From the human T2T-CHM13v2.0 reference genome, Homo sapiens: 64,000 nucleotides of DNA. Made by a program: the position numbers and the translations under genes. Where the stretch lies: the NCBI RefSeq assembly GCF_009914755.1, contig NC_060929.1. One strand, 5' to 3'. How positions within the stretch are numbered: position 1 is the stretch's first letter; every line of letters begins with the position of its first letter. Positions 16,156 to 28,696 of this stretch are shown in pieces. The notes beneath the pieces were generated by a model. The model searched no databases and was not told the origin of the DNA. It worked only from the letters and a program-made list of their open reading frames with translations.

Positions 16156-16714
16156 ATCGTGGCCCTGCAGGGGCAAGTGGAAGATATCTGATAGAGGGTG
16201 GGTCTTGTCAGATGTTTTTCCGTGCATTTACGTATGTGTCTATGAATCCAGAGACAGTATGTGGTTTTGTTTTCATTGCTTGTTTGATATCCATGGGATC
16301 ATACAGCATGCTTCATTCACAACTGTGGCTCTTACTCGTCAGTGCCCCAGTGTTCTTCCTGTGCCAGTACATCAAGATCAGCCTTGTTCTGTTCTTGTGG
16401 CTGTTGCTGTTCCACAGTGTGAACATGCTGTAGTTCATTTTGCCATTCCCTCTTGGCAGAACTTAAGTTGCTTCCTTCTTGAGAACTTGTTGTCTTCCCT
16501 CTGGGAGCTCTCTTGCCATCTTGGGAACATCTGGGAAGGAAGTTGCCATATGCAATATATCGTTTGCTCCCATGGAGTCTCATGCATGGCTGAAAGCTTT
16601 TTTTTTTTATTGTATATATTCTTTATCTGTCCAAACAGCCCTGATTTTTGGCAGCTGGGACTGGTAGGAAGAGAGTCAGGTGGGGAAGACAATGAGGACT
16701 AGATCAGGCACTGG

Positions 16715-16900
16715 AAGACTTGGGTTTGAGTTTGAGCTTTGCCACATTGTCACTTGTGACCTGGGGCAAGTCCCTTCGCCTCTCTGAACCCCAATTTTTC
16801 ACCTGCAAACTGAAGATGATACTCATGCTTTCTCTGCTTGCCTTCCTGGATCCTTGTAAGGGTACCCTGAGACAAAGGATGAGAAAGTGCTTTGTGAAAA
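16715..16900 (+). mobile_element. MIR SINE
   Basis: Core TGTGACCTGGGGCAAGTCCCTTCGCCTCTCTGAACCCCAATTTTTCACCTGCAAA. Confidence 0.8.
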
Positions 16901-17529
16901 TCTGCACAGATGCAGATATTCCCTCTACGCTCTGACTTGAAGTCTGGCCAGGAGACGAAGGCTTTTTGTTGTTGTTGTTTTTCTTTTTGCATGCTCCCAG
17001 CATAATCAAAGAAGTTGTTTGTTTGGTTTGGTTTTTTTGGTCTGAGTCAGAAGCCAGTAACAGTTTCAAAGTGCAAGGCTGGTGCTCCTCTCCTCCAAGC
17101 CCCTCTCTGCAGTGATGACAATGGGAGTGTTGCCAGGAAGCATACTGTCTCTCTGCCCCACCACCCCTGTGCCCTGACCCCCAGCTGTGGCCAGGCTCAG
17201 CTTCCTCGAGCGACAGGGCTACCCCAGACTAAGGACAATCTGACTCTGAACTTTTGGGCAATCTTTTCCATGGGCTAATTTGCTATAGGATTGCTTGTTT
17301 TTCCTGGAAGACCGAGTGGCTCTTAGGAGTGGATTTTTTTGTCCACACTTAGAAGACCAGCAAATGGTCTTTCCCTCTTCTGTACTCTGAATCAGAGAGG
17401 CAGTGTGTGCCAATGTCACCACCCCACAGACAAGATGACCAGCTAGGGAAGGGGTCTGTCTGTGTTCCTCACTTGTTCTGAATGCTCAGAACTCACCTTC
17501 TCCAGAAAGCTTCCTCTTGTAATGAACCA

Positions 17530-17760
17530 CAGCTGATGTTTCTTGAGCACTTACTCTCTTCCAGGCATCATGCTAAGTGTTCTCCATGTACCATTTTGTT
17601 TAGTCCTCACCATAATCTTATTGCTGTCATCTCCGTTTTGTAGGTGAGAAAACCTAGGCCCAGAGGGTTTAAGCCACTTGACTGAGGTCACACAGTTAAA
17701 GGCAATTAGCATTCAAACCCCAGGCTCTCTAGAGGTGGCCCTTGTCCTTGGACACTAAGT
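17530..17760 (-). mobile_element. MIR SINE
   Basis: TTGAGCACTTACT...CCAGGCA...TTTTGTAGGTGAGAAAACCTAGGCCCAGAG...AGGTCACACAG. Confidence 0.8.
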
Positions 17761-19125
17761 TCTATGCCCTCCTGGCTCACCCTGCCCTTCCCGATGTCAC
17801 TCTGCCCTTGGTTGGGTTTTCTGTGTGATGACTCATAATATTTCTTACCCACATGTGCCTTATGCCCTAAAAGATAGTGAATGTATTTTCTGCTCTTTTC
17901 TCCCTCCCCAGAGTGACTGGGAAAGAGTTATGTATATAGCAGGAGCTTAGTGAATGCCAATTTCTTGTGAAAATCCCACTGGGGGTGCTGTTGGCAGGCC
18001 CAGCACACCAGGAAGGCAGCATTGGCCCTTTATGGAAGTTATCAGGAAGATGAATAAGGCTTGAAACACGAGCCCCTGGCAGGCTGACTCAGACCCCACA
18101 GAATGGCTGGCCCTGGCCTTTGAAGAGCTGAGAGCTGTTTACATCCTACTAATGGACCTCGCTGGCTGCAAGCAGTCAATGTGGCTATATAAATACTCCA
18201 GCCTGGGGCCATGGAGTGAGTGAGGACATGAATGCGAGGAGAAACCCCCTCCTCAGCCTCATCTCCTCCTCAGTGAGGGATCCCTGGGCAGGAGAAGCCA
18301 TGGGGACAGGAGGACTCTAATTTAGCAGGAAGCCCCACACGGCAGGCCTGTGCGTGGTAACAGAATGGTGTCTAGTTGATGATGTGGTATGTAGACGTTT
18401 CTCCCCACGTGAAGTTCTTTGCATAAATAAATGGTGACCAGCTGTTAGTCTTCCTATTAGCATGAACATCCATCACAGCTTGTTTCAAATCTAAGTCTGG
18501 GAGGGAGAAGCTTAGACTCCCATGAAAGGCAAATGTTACAATGGTAATCCAGCCCAGTCTGGCACACATCTGCTTAGAGAAACTCGCAAACTGGAAATGT
18601 TGGCTGGGATCTATATGGGGGGTTGGGCATGGGGTCTGATGTTCTCTGTAAGTGTCCCCACCCAGGGAGCTGCATTTTTGTCAGCAGGGAAGACGTGATG
18701 AGATCAGGCTCCCATTGGGGCCTGTCAACATGGTGCCGATGGCTGCTGTACTCTCCAGGGTGCCCTTCCCTATCTCCCACCAGTGACCCTGGCCCACAGC
18801 AGACCTTGAGAAGGTACAGGTAGGCTGGGAAGGGAAAGGTCTCCTCCCTTAGGGCTCAGACCCTGGCCTGCATGTTGTGGTCATGGACCACAGGCTGTTT
18901 GAGATGCCCTCTTCAGGGGTAGCTAGTGATAGGGCAGAATGTCACCATCGGTCCTATGGTGAGTTTTCTGGTGCCATTCTCTGTCTGTCCCACCAGTCTC
19001 TGAGAGGGAGGCAGGAGCCTGCCCTGCCTGCCCCATCCACACCTCCCCAACCAGGGAACCCCATCACTCCCTCTATTCATTGTGGATGATGGTAATTATT
19101 TTTAATATCTCTCCCTGGGAACTCA

Positions 19126-19530
19126 GTCATTCACCCACCCATTCTACAAACATTTATTTTGTACCTGTAGCGTACCAGGTACTAGGAATACATGGGTGAG
19201 CAGGACAGACATGGTGCCCATTTTACTGGAGCTGTTTCATTAGAGTGGGAAGGATAGTCAGATAAAGCACAAAGAGACTAAAAGACAATGGCAAGTTGTG
19301 AAGAGTGCTATTAAACAAATGGGATAGAGGGACCTAGTCTGGATAGAGTGGCTTCTCTTGGGAGGTAACTCTTGAGCTGAGGCGTAAAGACTGGGATGGA
19401 ACCCAGTAAGTGAGGAGCAGTGCAGATGAGGGACTAGCATGCTGCAGAGGCTCTGGGGTAGGGGCAGAGCTTGGTTTCCTTGTGGAATTAAAAACCATCA
19501 GTGTGGCTAGAGTGTGGTGAGTGAGGGCCA
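19126..19530 (-). mobile_element. LINE-2 3' end
   Basis: TCATTCA...CAAACATTTATT...CCAGGTACT...CAGACATGGTGCC, the typical antisense L2 terminus. Confidence 0.75.
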
Positions 19531-20707
19531 GCTAAGAGCAGCTCCTGGTGGAATTGCAGGCCGTGTGCCAGTCTTGTGGTTGTAGGAGCTTTGCAGGGGC
19601 CGATAAGGCCAGCAGGGTTTTATGGAGTTTGGGGGTGGGTGTACCGTGAGTGAATCGCTTTATGTGCATCGGTATAAAAGCATTTTTTGGGGGCCTAGTG
19701 CTTGCCAGACAGGGTGTTGAGGCAGATTAAATTTAGCTTGAATTTCCTCTTGAAAGCAAAGAGCCCACAGAGGTCTTTAATTTGGGATGACATGATGAGG
19801 CATGGAGGCAGAGCAGCAGTGGTCCTGGTTTCTGTGAGTTCTCTGCAAAATGGTTTCCCAGATACCGACACACTCTTCTCTCTCCCTGTCAGCCTGGGGC
19901 TCCGGCTTATATGAGTGCTTGCTGCGGATGTGACCAGTGGTCTGCACACAGTAGGTGCACAGTGCACTGGGACTCCGTGCAGTGCGAGCTAAGGAGACCC
20001 TGTCCTTGGGAGGAGGCCTCAGCCCAAATTGCAGATGGGGAAGGGGAAAACAGCACTTCCTCAAGCTATAGAGCATTTGGGTGCTTACTGCTTCCCCTGT
20101 CTGCACATGGAGAAACTGAGACCTGGAGAGAAAGTCACAAAGTTCATGACTAGCTGATAATTGTGTTTTCCATTTTGTGTTAGAAAAGTACTAAAGAAAT
20201 CGATAGCTCAAATAGCTACTGTTAGTGCTGTTAAGATGCCTGGGCATTCCTAAGAGTACCCAGCAGCTGTGTCCTGGAGAACCCTCTGTGTATCCAGTGC
20301 CCTTTATTCCTAAGAAATGAAGTCATCTCTGGCCTGAGAGGCTCTGCATCCTTATATTTTAGGAAGGATGATTTCTATTCTTAGTCTTCTCGCTTTCCCT
20401 GCAGAGTGATAGAGTGTTTACAACTATTACCCACACTCGCCTCTGTTTAGCCCTGTAAAGAACATCCTCAGCACTTACTCCGCATTAGGATTTGAGCTTT
20501 AAATGGAAGACAGCAGGGTGTGGTGGGAAGGCTGTGGCCCCAGCAGTCACATTGCCTGGGTTCTAGCTGTTTGAATTTGGAGAAGTGACTTGACTTTTCT
20601 GAGCCTCCTGTCTCCAGGGAGACAGGAGGGGCAGATGGCGATTCTTGCAGTTGTGACTGTAGCTTGCGTGGCAGATGCCAGTTCTTAATCACCTTCCACA
20701 CACAGCT

Positions 20708-20880
20708 TAGTGGTTCTCCAACCTACAGTGTACGTGAGAATCACCCAGAGGGCTTGTGAAGCAGGGATTGCTGAGACCCGCCCCGAGAGGTTCTGATTGA
20801 GTAGGTCTAAGGTGAAAAGTTTGCATTTTTACCAAGTTCCCAGGTGATGCTGATGCTGCTGGTCCTGAACTACAACTTTG
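20708..20880. mobile_element. MER5A (hAT-Charlie MITE)
   Basis: TAGTGGTTCTC...GAATCACC...TTCTGATT...TTTGCATTTTTACCAAGTTCCCAGGTGATGCTGATGCTGCTGGTCC. Confidence 0.85.
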
Positions 20881-20889
20881 TGCAGGGCT

Positions 20890-21070
20890 GCACACACTCA
20901 CTGAATTCATCTCTGCAGCCCCTTAGTGTTGTATTGTTATTTTCCCTTTGTGGAGGAGGAAATGAAAGCTTAGAGAATTAGGTAACTTGCCCAGGGTCGC
21001 ACAGCTGCTAGGTGGTGAAGCTGGAATCCCAGTCCAGGTCTGTGCTGTCCAAAGCCATTGCCTTCACCTC
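20890..21070 (-). mobile_element. MIR SINE
   Basis: GAGGAAATGAAAGCTTAGAGA...GGTAACTTGCCCAGGGTCGCACAGCT. Confidence 0.75.
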
Positions 21071-23974
21071 TAGCTCTACCATGGTGCTACCTGGTGGGAT
21101 GAGGTGCTCAGTGAAGGCTGGCTGCAGTTCCTTTGCCTCTCTAGACCAACAACAGGCTTGGGCCTTGATCCAAGATTACAGTTGACACCAAATGGTTTTC
21201 ATTATTGTTTTGTGATAAGGCAGACCAAATAATACTCAGAAAACTTAGATGAGAAAATCCAGGGTTGAAAGGATGGTAATTGGAGAGATGCCGATTCACT
21301 AGTCATAGGCCCTCAAAGCTAGAGGTGGTGGCTTCCTCCAGCCTCCACGCAGTGTCCTGCGATGTCCACAGTGCGAGGGGTCTTCCGGCTGGAAGGCTTC
21401 CAGTGGTGGGTAGCTCACTCCCCACTCTGACGCTGGGACAAGGAGGAAGGACTTGCTTCTTAAAGTGGAGGTTGGTTTGATGGAGCCAGCGCAGGCCCGC
21501 TGACAGAAGTCACAGCCTTCTGTCTTGCAGTGCCTCTTTACCCAAGTGGGTGAGGAACCTGGTGGCTCAAAGGTCCAACCATCAGCACTGTGAGCTCCAC
21601 AACCCTGCACAGTCGGTGTGCGTACCATCTCAGGAGGCCTGAGCTCCAGGGCAGCAGCAAGAACCTTCCAGCTGGGCCTGATGGGAAGTGGGGGACTGAG
21701 ACAAGTGCAGGGTGGGGAGGGCACCTCTGGCTGGGGAACTGGAAGGAGCAGAGAGGAGGGCAGGGGACAGAAACGCAGCTGGCATGCTCACAGTGCATTG
21801 TTTGGCCTCTTTCTGTAAACCCTCTCCTCACTCCCTGACCACGTTTCCCCTGTGGAAACTTATTTTCTACTCTGGTCAGACTTTTGGCAGCCTTGAATAC
21901 GAAGTGTTCTAGAAGGAGGAGCCCCCATCCCCCAGCCTCAGCCTGAGCTCGAGGTTCCTGTGGGGGCATGTTGCCTTCCTTTCTGAATTCTTGGTCCAAA
22001 CGTTTCTGCAGCTTTCCATGTGAGTTCTCTGGAAGCCAGTTTACCACAGATACTTCAGCCAGGCAACCCCATCTTCAGCCCCCACTGCCACCCCCACTTT
22101 TTTTTTTTTTTTGGCTGGCAAGAAGGAGTAAATTTAGGGAGGGCCGTTGTCTGTGTTCCAGCTCCCCCAGTCCTGAGCAGGCCTCGCTTAAGCTGGTACC
22201 TTCATCTCAGTGAGCTCAGCCCTAAACTCTCTGGGTCTTAGCTGGATTAAGGGCCTAGGTTGTTGCTGAGGAGGAAGGAGGTACCTCTGTAATTGCTGTT
22301 TAAATCTGCCTAACAATAGCCACATGTGGAGCCCGATTTGAGGGTTATTAAATATGAGCGCCCTTCTTCCCCCAAACATGCCTTTGTTTGCATAGCCGGG
22401 CAGCATGGGGAAGGGGAGAGACAAAAAGCTATAGAGTCAAAGGGGAGCTTCAGAGGCCCTGTTTCCAGGAAGCAATGGGTCCTTGGGTAGGTCACATTCT
22501 GGGGGGCATCAGAACCTGTCACCCGCCGAGCCCTCTCTGCCTGTAACCTCTGAGGTCCCAGGCAGAGGCAGCTGCTTCCGCAAAACTTGTGGGGGTCTCA
22601 CCCCAGTGCCTGCTCCTGTGTTCGAAGGTCTCATCCCCCTGCAGCAGCCCCCTGCAGTCTTATGGGTGACGCAGAGGGAAGGGTGGGTGCTGTGGAGGGA
22701 GCCCTCCAACGTGGCCCCTCTGCAGCAATTTGGGGACAGATGGGCGTGTGCTGCTCAGTGTGTCTCTGGTACCCCTGTCCTACAACATGGGTGAGGGGGA
22801 AGAAAAGCGTGTTTGGAAGGCCTGCTGTTGGCTCCTGGCTCTTTTCTCGTGGGGTGTAGGGAAGGCCGGGGAGCTCAGTTTCCCTGCTCTCCATCCTGAG
22901 ACCTGTGAGCAACTTTGAGTTGCACAGGCTCATTTGGATCATTGCTGTTTTGGAGATGTGCTGGGCACATGTGTGTGTCTGTGTGACAAAGAACTGGGTT
23001 GGGTGAAGGCCTGGAGTGAGCATGGAGCTGCCTCTCAACGGGGTGTGATCCCTGGGAGGATGCAGCTAGCTACCTAGGTTCCTGCGTGGCTCTCTTGTTT
23101 GGGTGCTGTGCTACTGGCTGCAGCTGTGGGGCCTCCTGATGCGAAGGTCAAGCAGCAGCAGCTGGCTCCAGGACCCTGCCAGCAGGACAGCAGGTGTCGG
23201 CTGTCTCTCCTGGGAGCACTTACCCACTGGCCACCACAGCCACTCTAGGTGAGCCCCAGGACAGACCCGCTTCCCTTTGGAGGGTCCTCACCTGTCACTC
23301 CCCAGACACGGTGGCTTTGTCAACCATGGAGAGTAGAATTAAAATCCTGCAGAAAGTTGTCTTTATAGGTGACAGATTCCTTGATTTTTGCTTTAAAGTA
23401 TAAATTTATGCTAATTTGTAAGCTAGATTATTAAAGTTAAAATCTAGAAAAAGAACCTAAAGAATAAATGATGAAGACAAGAACCGACAGAGAAATTACA
23501 TTTGTACCATATGATAGATGAAGAATATACAAGAGTTCTTACAAATCGGTAGAACTTTCTTGTTTGTGACGATGTGGGGGTAGGAACCCTCATGTAATGC
23601 AGGTGAAAATGGCCACGGCATCTCTGAAAGGTGCTTTGGCAAAATGTATTAGATATATTTAAACTATACACAAAGCTTTATCTTTTCTCTGTTTCTACAA
23701 AGGTATGCTTCTTACAGACTCTTCTCCCAGGTTTTTTTCTTTTTGCTAATGAGCAGTTGAATTTTCCTTCTGTGGGATGCAGTTGTGTGTTATAAGTTTT
23801 ACTATATTTATAATTTGTATTGAAATGCTGCTACAGATTTTTTCTACCCTGCCCATAGCCCACGTTATTAACATTTCTAACAGCACGTTAGTACCAGGCT
23901 CTTCTCAAATAGAATTAAATGCTAGAGTGGGGAGGGGGTTGGAGGAGAAGGGGGAGGAAGAAGTGTGGGCTTTG

Positions 23975-24185
23975 GTATTAGGTAAGGGTTTGAATCCTAG
24001 CAGTGTACCTTTCTTCCTGTGTGGTTTTGGGTAAGTTACCTAACCTCTCTGAGCCTTAGTGTTGTATCTTTCACCTGGGACTAGTGTTCACCAAGGGCTA
24101 TTGCTGCGATAATCAAAGGAAGGAGTGTGGATGAAGCCCCTGAGCACTGTGCCTGGGAATACTTGGTGAATGGAGCTATTGTTAC
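23975..24185 (+). mobile_element. MIR SINE
   Basis: GGGTTTGAATCCTAG...TGGGTAAGTTACCTAACCTCTCTGAGCCTTAGT...CACTGTGCCTGG. Confidence 0.75.
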
Positions 24186-24699
24186 TGGGTGTATAGAGTT
24201 CCTGTGACTATGACTTAGTCACCTGGGTGCAGGGAGCCTCTCGGTTCGGTTCCTCAGGTCCAGTCCCCTACCTCTTGGCAGCACTGGATTCTAGGCATCC
24301 CCAGAGATAGCCATCTATCTTACCCTGTCTCAGAAACCCCCAGGGGAAGGGAAGCCCAGACTCCTGCTTACCCAAGCCTTTCAGCCTGCCACCCTCAGAG
24401 CCAGGGACTTCTCCTGAGTGTCTACACTTAAACCCCATTGCCAGATTTGAGGCTTCCTTCCTCTGTTTCCTCAGGGAGAGAAGACAGATTTCCCTCATGC
24501 AGGAAGACGTCTGACTCTGTGGCAAGCAGCTCTATGTTGCAATCTCCCTGTGAAATCGCCTCATAAGAAGAGTTAAAAGGAGGAACTAAAGGAGGCTGTG
24601 GAGAGAGACATGTGCCCTATAACATCCTGAAGGACCATAGGGCTGGATATGCCTGCATCTTCCTGTGGGACTCCGGTACTTAGCTGGCCCCTCCATGTC

Positions 24700-25625
24700 T
24701 CCCTCTGCATGGCTGTCTCAAAGGGATCTGAGACAGCCATGGTCATGGCTGCACTCCTGACCCTTCCACCCAGCATAGCACAGTCACCTTGCCTCTCTTC
24801 CAGTGTCTCCATCTCAGGGGCCACCTGGGAGGCATCCCTGACATGCCCTCTCTCTAGCCCCCATGTCCAATCCATCCTGAAGCCTTGTCAGTTTTATGTC
24901 CGACAGCTCCTTAGTCCCTCCACCTCTGTCCATCATCGCTGCTGCCACCTCGGTCCAGTCACCTTTACCTCTCATCTGGACAGCACATCCTAGCTGGCCA
25001 CCTGCTGTCACCTTGATCTTACCTTGCTCTTCTGCAGTCCTTTCTCCACTCAACACCCAGAACCATCTGTTCAAAACCCAAGACTGATCATGGCTCTCAC
25101 TTTCTTAAACCTTCTAATGGCTTCCCATTTTTCTTTGAATGAAGACCAGACTGCTTAGCATGACCTATGAGCCCTCGTCTGTTATCACTCTGCCCCTTGC
25201 TCTCTGCTGCCCAGGCACTTTTTGCTTTCCCTTCTCAGTTCCTCAAACATGCCATGTTCTCTCCCATCCCAGGGCCTTGACACATGCCCTGGCCTCTTCC
25301 TGGACCTCTTTCTGCTCTACCCCTTGTTGTCTGGTTAACTGTCGCTGATCCTTTAGATCTCAACTCCTGCAAAGCCTCCCCTCAGGCTAGGTCAGGTGTC
25401 TTTATCGGGAGCTCTTCTGGAACTGAGTTCCTTTCCTTCAGGATCCTTAGGTGCCTTTGCAGTTAGATATTCATTAGTGTGGCTATCTGATTGATATTTG
25501 TCTTGATCTTTGCCTCCCCCCCATCCCCCCCCCCATGCTCTGGGAAAGCAGGAATTGTGTTGGATTTGCTGTCCATTTCACCCATGCCTAGCATAATGCC
25601 TGGCACACAGCAGATGCTCCATCTG
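24700..25625 (+). mobile_element. LINE-2 3' portion
   Basis: CCAATCCATC...CTGATCATG...AAACCTTCTAATGGCTTCCCATT...CAGGGCCTT..CACATGC...GCCTAGCATAATGCCTGGCACACAGCAGATGCTC. Confidence 0.8.
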
Positions 25626-28405
25626 CACCTGTGCAATGAACATTGCTCTCTGAGGTTCAACAAGGACCAGAGCTTTTCCAGCCCCCACTTTGGGGATTAT
25701 CATGGAGCCCATGCCCACTTTCCCTGGCATCCTTTCTGTGGTCAAACATGCCCCCCACCCCCCATGATCTTTGGGGTTGGGTTTGGAGTTTGGAACAGCC
25801 ATGAGCCAAGGATCTGGTGCTTTATGCAGGGCAGTTGTCAAGTCCCAACTTAATGAGTAGCTCTGAGCTTCTGAATGGCTGGGTGTACTCAGAGCCTTTG
25901 TGAATGGGATTATACTCAAATGCTAGAAGGGCTTTTGCTATTTATAAGAACTCTGGGATAAAGAGAAAACAATCCTTTGGTAAAACAAATAATTACCAGC
26001 AAACAATTGCCAGCTAATTTGTCCCTTTTGTGACTTCAGTTTATTATAGGTACTAAAAGAGCTTTGCCAGCCACCTATTAGAGAAATGAGTGACATTTGC
26101 TGGCTAAAAAGTCTTTGTGTGAGTAAGCTCAAGGGGTCTGGTGGTAATGATGTCTTATTGGTCAGCTGGCTCTCCCTTCCAAGTCTCTGAAGTGATGTAA
26201 AGGCCATTAATAAATTGTCACTGTTTACTACCACCCCCCCTCCACCCTGCCAGGCTATTGGACAGCCAGTTCTTTTTCCACATTCCCCTTCCTCCCTGTT
26301 CCAGCTAAATAATACCCTCTGGCAGCCCTAACTTGTCAGTATTGTTGGGTGACAGTGGCAATTTGACTGGCAGGTGGTCTATGGGAAGAGTGGCCTGAGT
26401 TTTCCTCCCAGCTTTGTCACTGGCTTGCTATGTGAGCTGGAGTGTCGCTTCACCTAGCTGACCTCAGTTTCCCCTACCTGATGCATCTCTTCCAAATGTG
26501 TAGGGCTTACCCTAAGATAGTGGATTAAAGTGCTTTGAAAAGTCCAACATAATTCAAATCCAGGGAACCCTGAAGATTGAAATCTACCAGTTGGCACATT
26601 GCTAACTTTCCAGTGTTACAACTTTTGAGCACTTGGTCTTCTGTTCCAATGTGACCACCTTGCATAGGTTCACCTTATGTCCCTGGGCCTCAGTTTCTAC
26701 ACCTGTGAAATAAGATGGGCTGATTCTGGATTGGTGAGTAGGAGAACTAGATGCTGTCATTTTTCTCTTCTCCCACAATTAAGGCAGCCATCGCTAGTGA
26801 ACTCCAGGGATGCAGTACTCCTCAACAGAGCCCCCTGGAGGGCCAGCCAGGGTTGCACCTGGGGCCAAGCTGTTCGCCAGTTGTGGGGAGTGAATCTTCA
26901 CAAATCATCGGGAGGTACAGTTGAGAATCGAGGCCCAGTGACACTAAGTGACTCGCCTGCCATTGAGGAGTGAGCACCTCTCTGGATGCTGTTGGGGGAG
27001 GCAAGAGGTGTTGCCCATCTCAAGTGATGGGCAAGTTTGGGACACATGAGAGGGGCCCAACTCAGGGCCAATGTGGGCCCGTTCCTATGTGTGTTTCAGG
27101 GGCATCACCTTTCCTCCTGCCCACCTCAAAGGTGGCTTTTGACTTTGTCCTCTAACTGAGGTAGCTGGGTTTGTGTCTTTTGACCTCCTGCCTCCTCTTC
27201 TAGGGTAAACAAGGCAGACCCCAACAAGAATCTTGCCAGTCCCTGCAGGAGCAGATTAGTGGCCATATCCCTTTCTGGGGTCGGGAACCTGAACCTCTTT
27301 CCTGGAACAGGTATTTGGGGCTGGGTGCCCTAGGAAGTGCTGTCTTTTTGAAGTAAGCTGGTTTCTCATATTTCGAGGTGCTCTTCCTCCCAGAGTACCC
27401 TAGGCAGAGGGTTATTTGGGTGTTGGGGGGGATGAGTTATGGGGCAAACGCGCTGCTTTGTGAGCATTAGGAAGTGCAGGTGAATGGGCTGGAGCTCTCC
27501 TGTCCTCCTTCCTGTGTTGGATAGCCTCTGCTGCGAGGGGTGGCTGGGGGTTGAGTGGGGAAGGATGGGGCCTGAGGAGCTGGGAGGGCAGGGCGATGTG
27601 CTGGGCTTGGGCTTCTGAGGGCAGCAGGCCCACCTGAAGCCCCCAGCTGTGTACAGTGGGGCTGGGCTTGGAGGCAGGGGCCTGCCTCCCAGTTCAGGAC
27701 TCAATGGCTCGAGTTCCCACGAGAGAGGCAAAGGTCTTCTTTTGGTCTCTGTCCCTCTCTCATCCCATTCTCTATTTTATTTACATTTTGCTTAGGACAT
27801 TTCATGAAGACATTATACAGCCAAATTCCCAATGTGACCTCCAAACATCAAACATATGTATTCCCCAGCCCCTCCCCAGGTGTTTCCCTGGCGGCCACAG
27901 GCCCCTGTTTGTGAATTCTGGGCATCTCCAATAGGCACTTTCCTCTGACCTGGTTACGCTGTTTAACAAATTCATTTGGGGGTGAGCTCAGAGATGAGGA
28001 TTGGAGAGGAGAAAGAATTGTCTTTTCTTCTTAACTGTCCCCAGGACGCCCTGAGCAAGCTTGGAGGATTCTCACTAATCTAATCCCTGTCAGAAAAGGA
28101 ACGATAAAACAATTCAGGCTTTAGAAGCCAAATCCCCTTCCTGCACTCATACTATTTCTATATCTCTGCCTTACCGTTTTTCTCCTTTGCAATGAAACTG
28201 AGCTTCGGTTTCTCAGTGAGGGTTTCAGTGGATAAGGATTTCATATTTCACTCTTCCATTTTTCGTATTTAAATTTGCTTTACTCTCCAGTTTGACTTTC
28301 CACTGACCCTTGAAGAATTGGCGTATTTCAAGGAGGGGGAAAAGATCTCATTATAGGAAATGAGAAAAATGGAGCAGAGTTTTAAAACTTTTAATGACTA
28401 AAACA

Positions 28406-28696
28406 CAGTGTTCCCAGTCGGTATTGTATTGGGGTTGAAGTCACTGTTTGGTTACAAGTCTTTTAGGTCTAAACGGGGTTGATGACATCTGTTTAATTTT
28501 AGATGTCTGGAATACATTCGGAAAATAATGAAATCCAAATGTATGACCAAATTAGAGAACAATTTTATCTGCGACAAAGAAGTTTTTAAAATAAGAACAA
28601 CTATTTCGACCAAACAAAGCTTTAAAAGACCCATCAAATCTTTGGTCATCTCGCCTTGTCTTTTCCCAGTGGGTCTCCATGGTTGAGAGAACATTG
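28406..28696. mobile_element. Possible hAT-type MITE remnant
   Basis: AT-rich ~290 bp bounded by CAGTGTTCCCA and GAGAACATTG (weak TIR pair). Confidence 0.3.
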
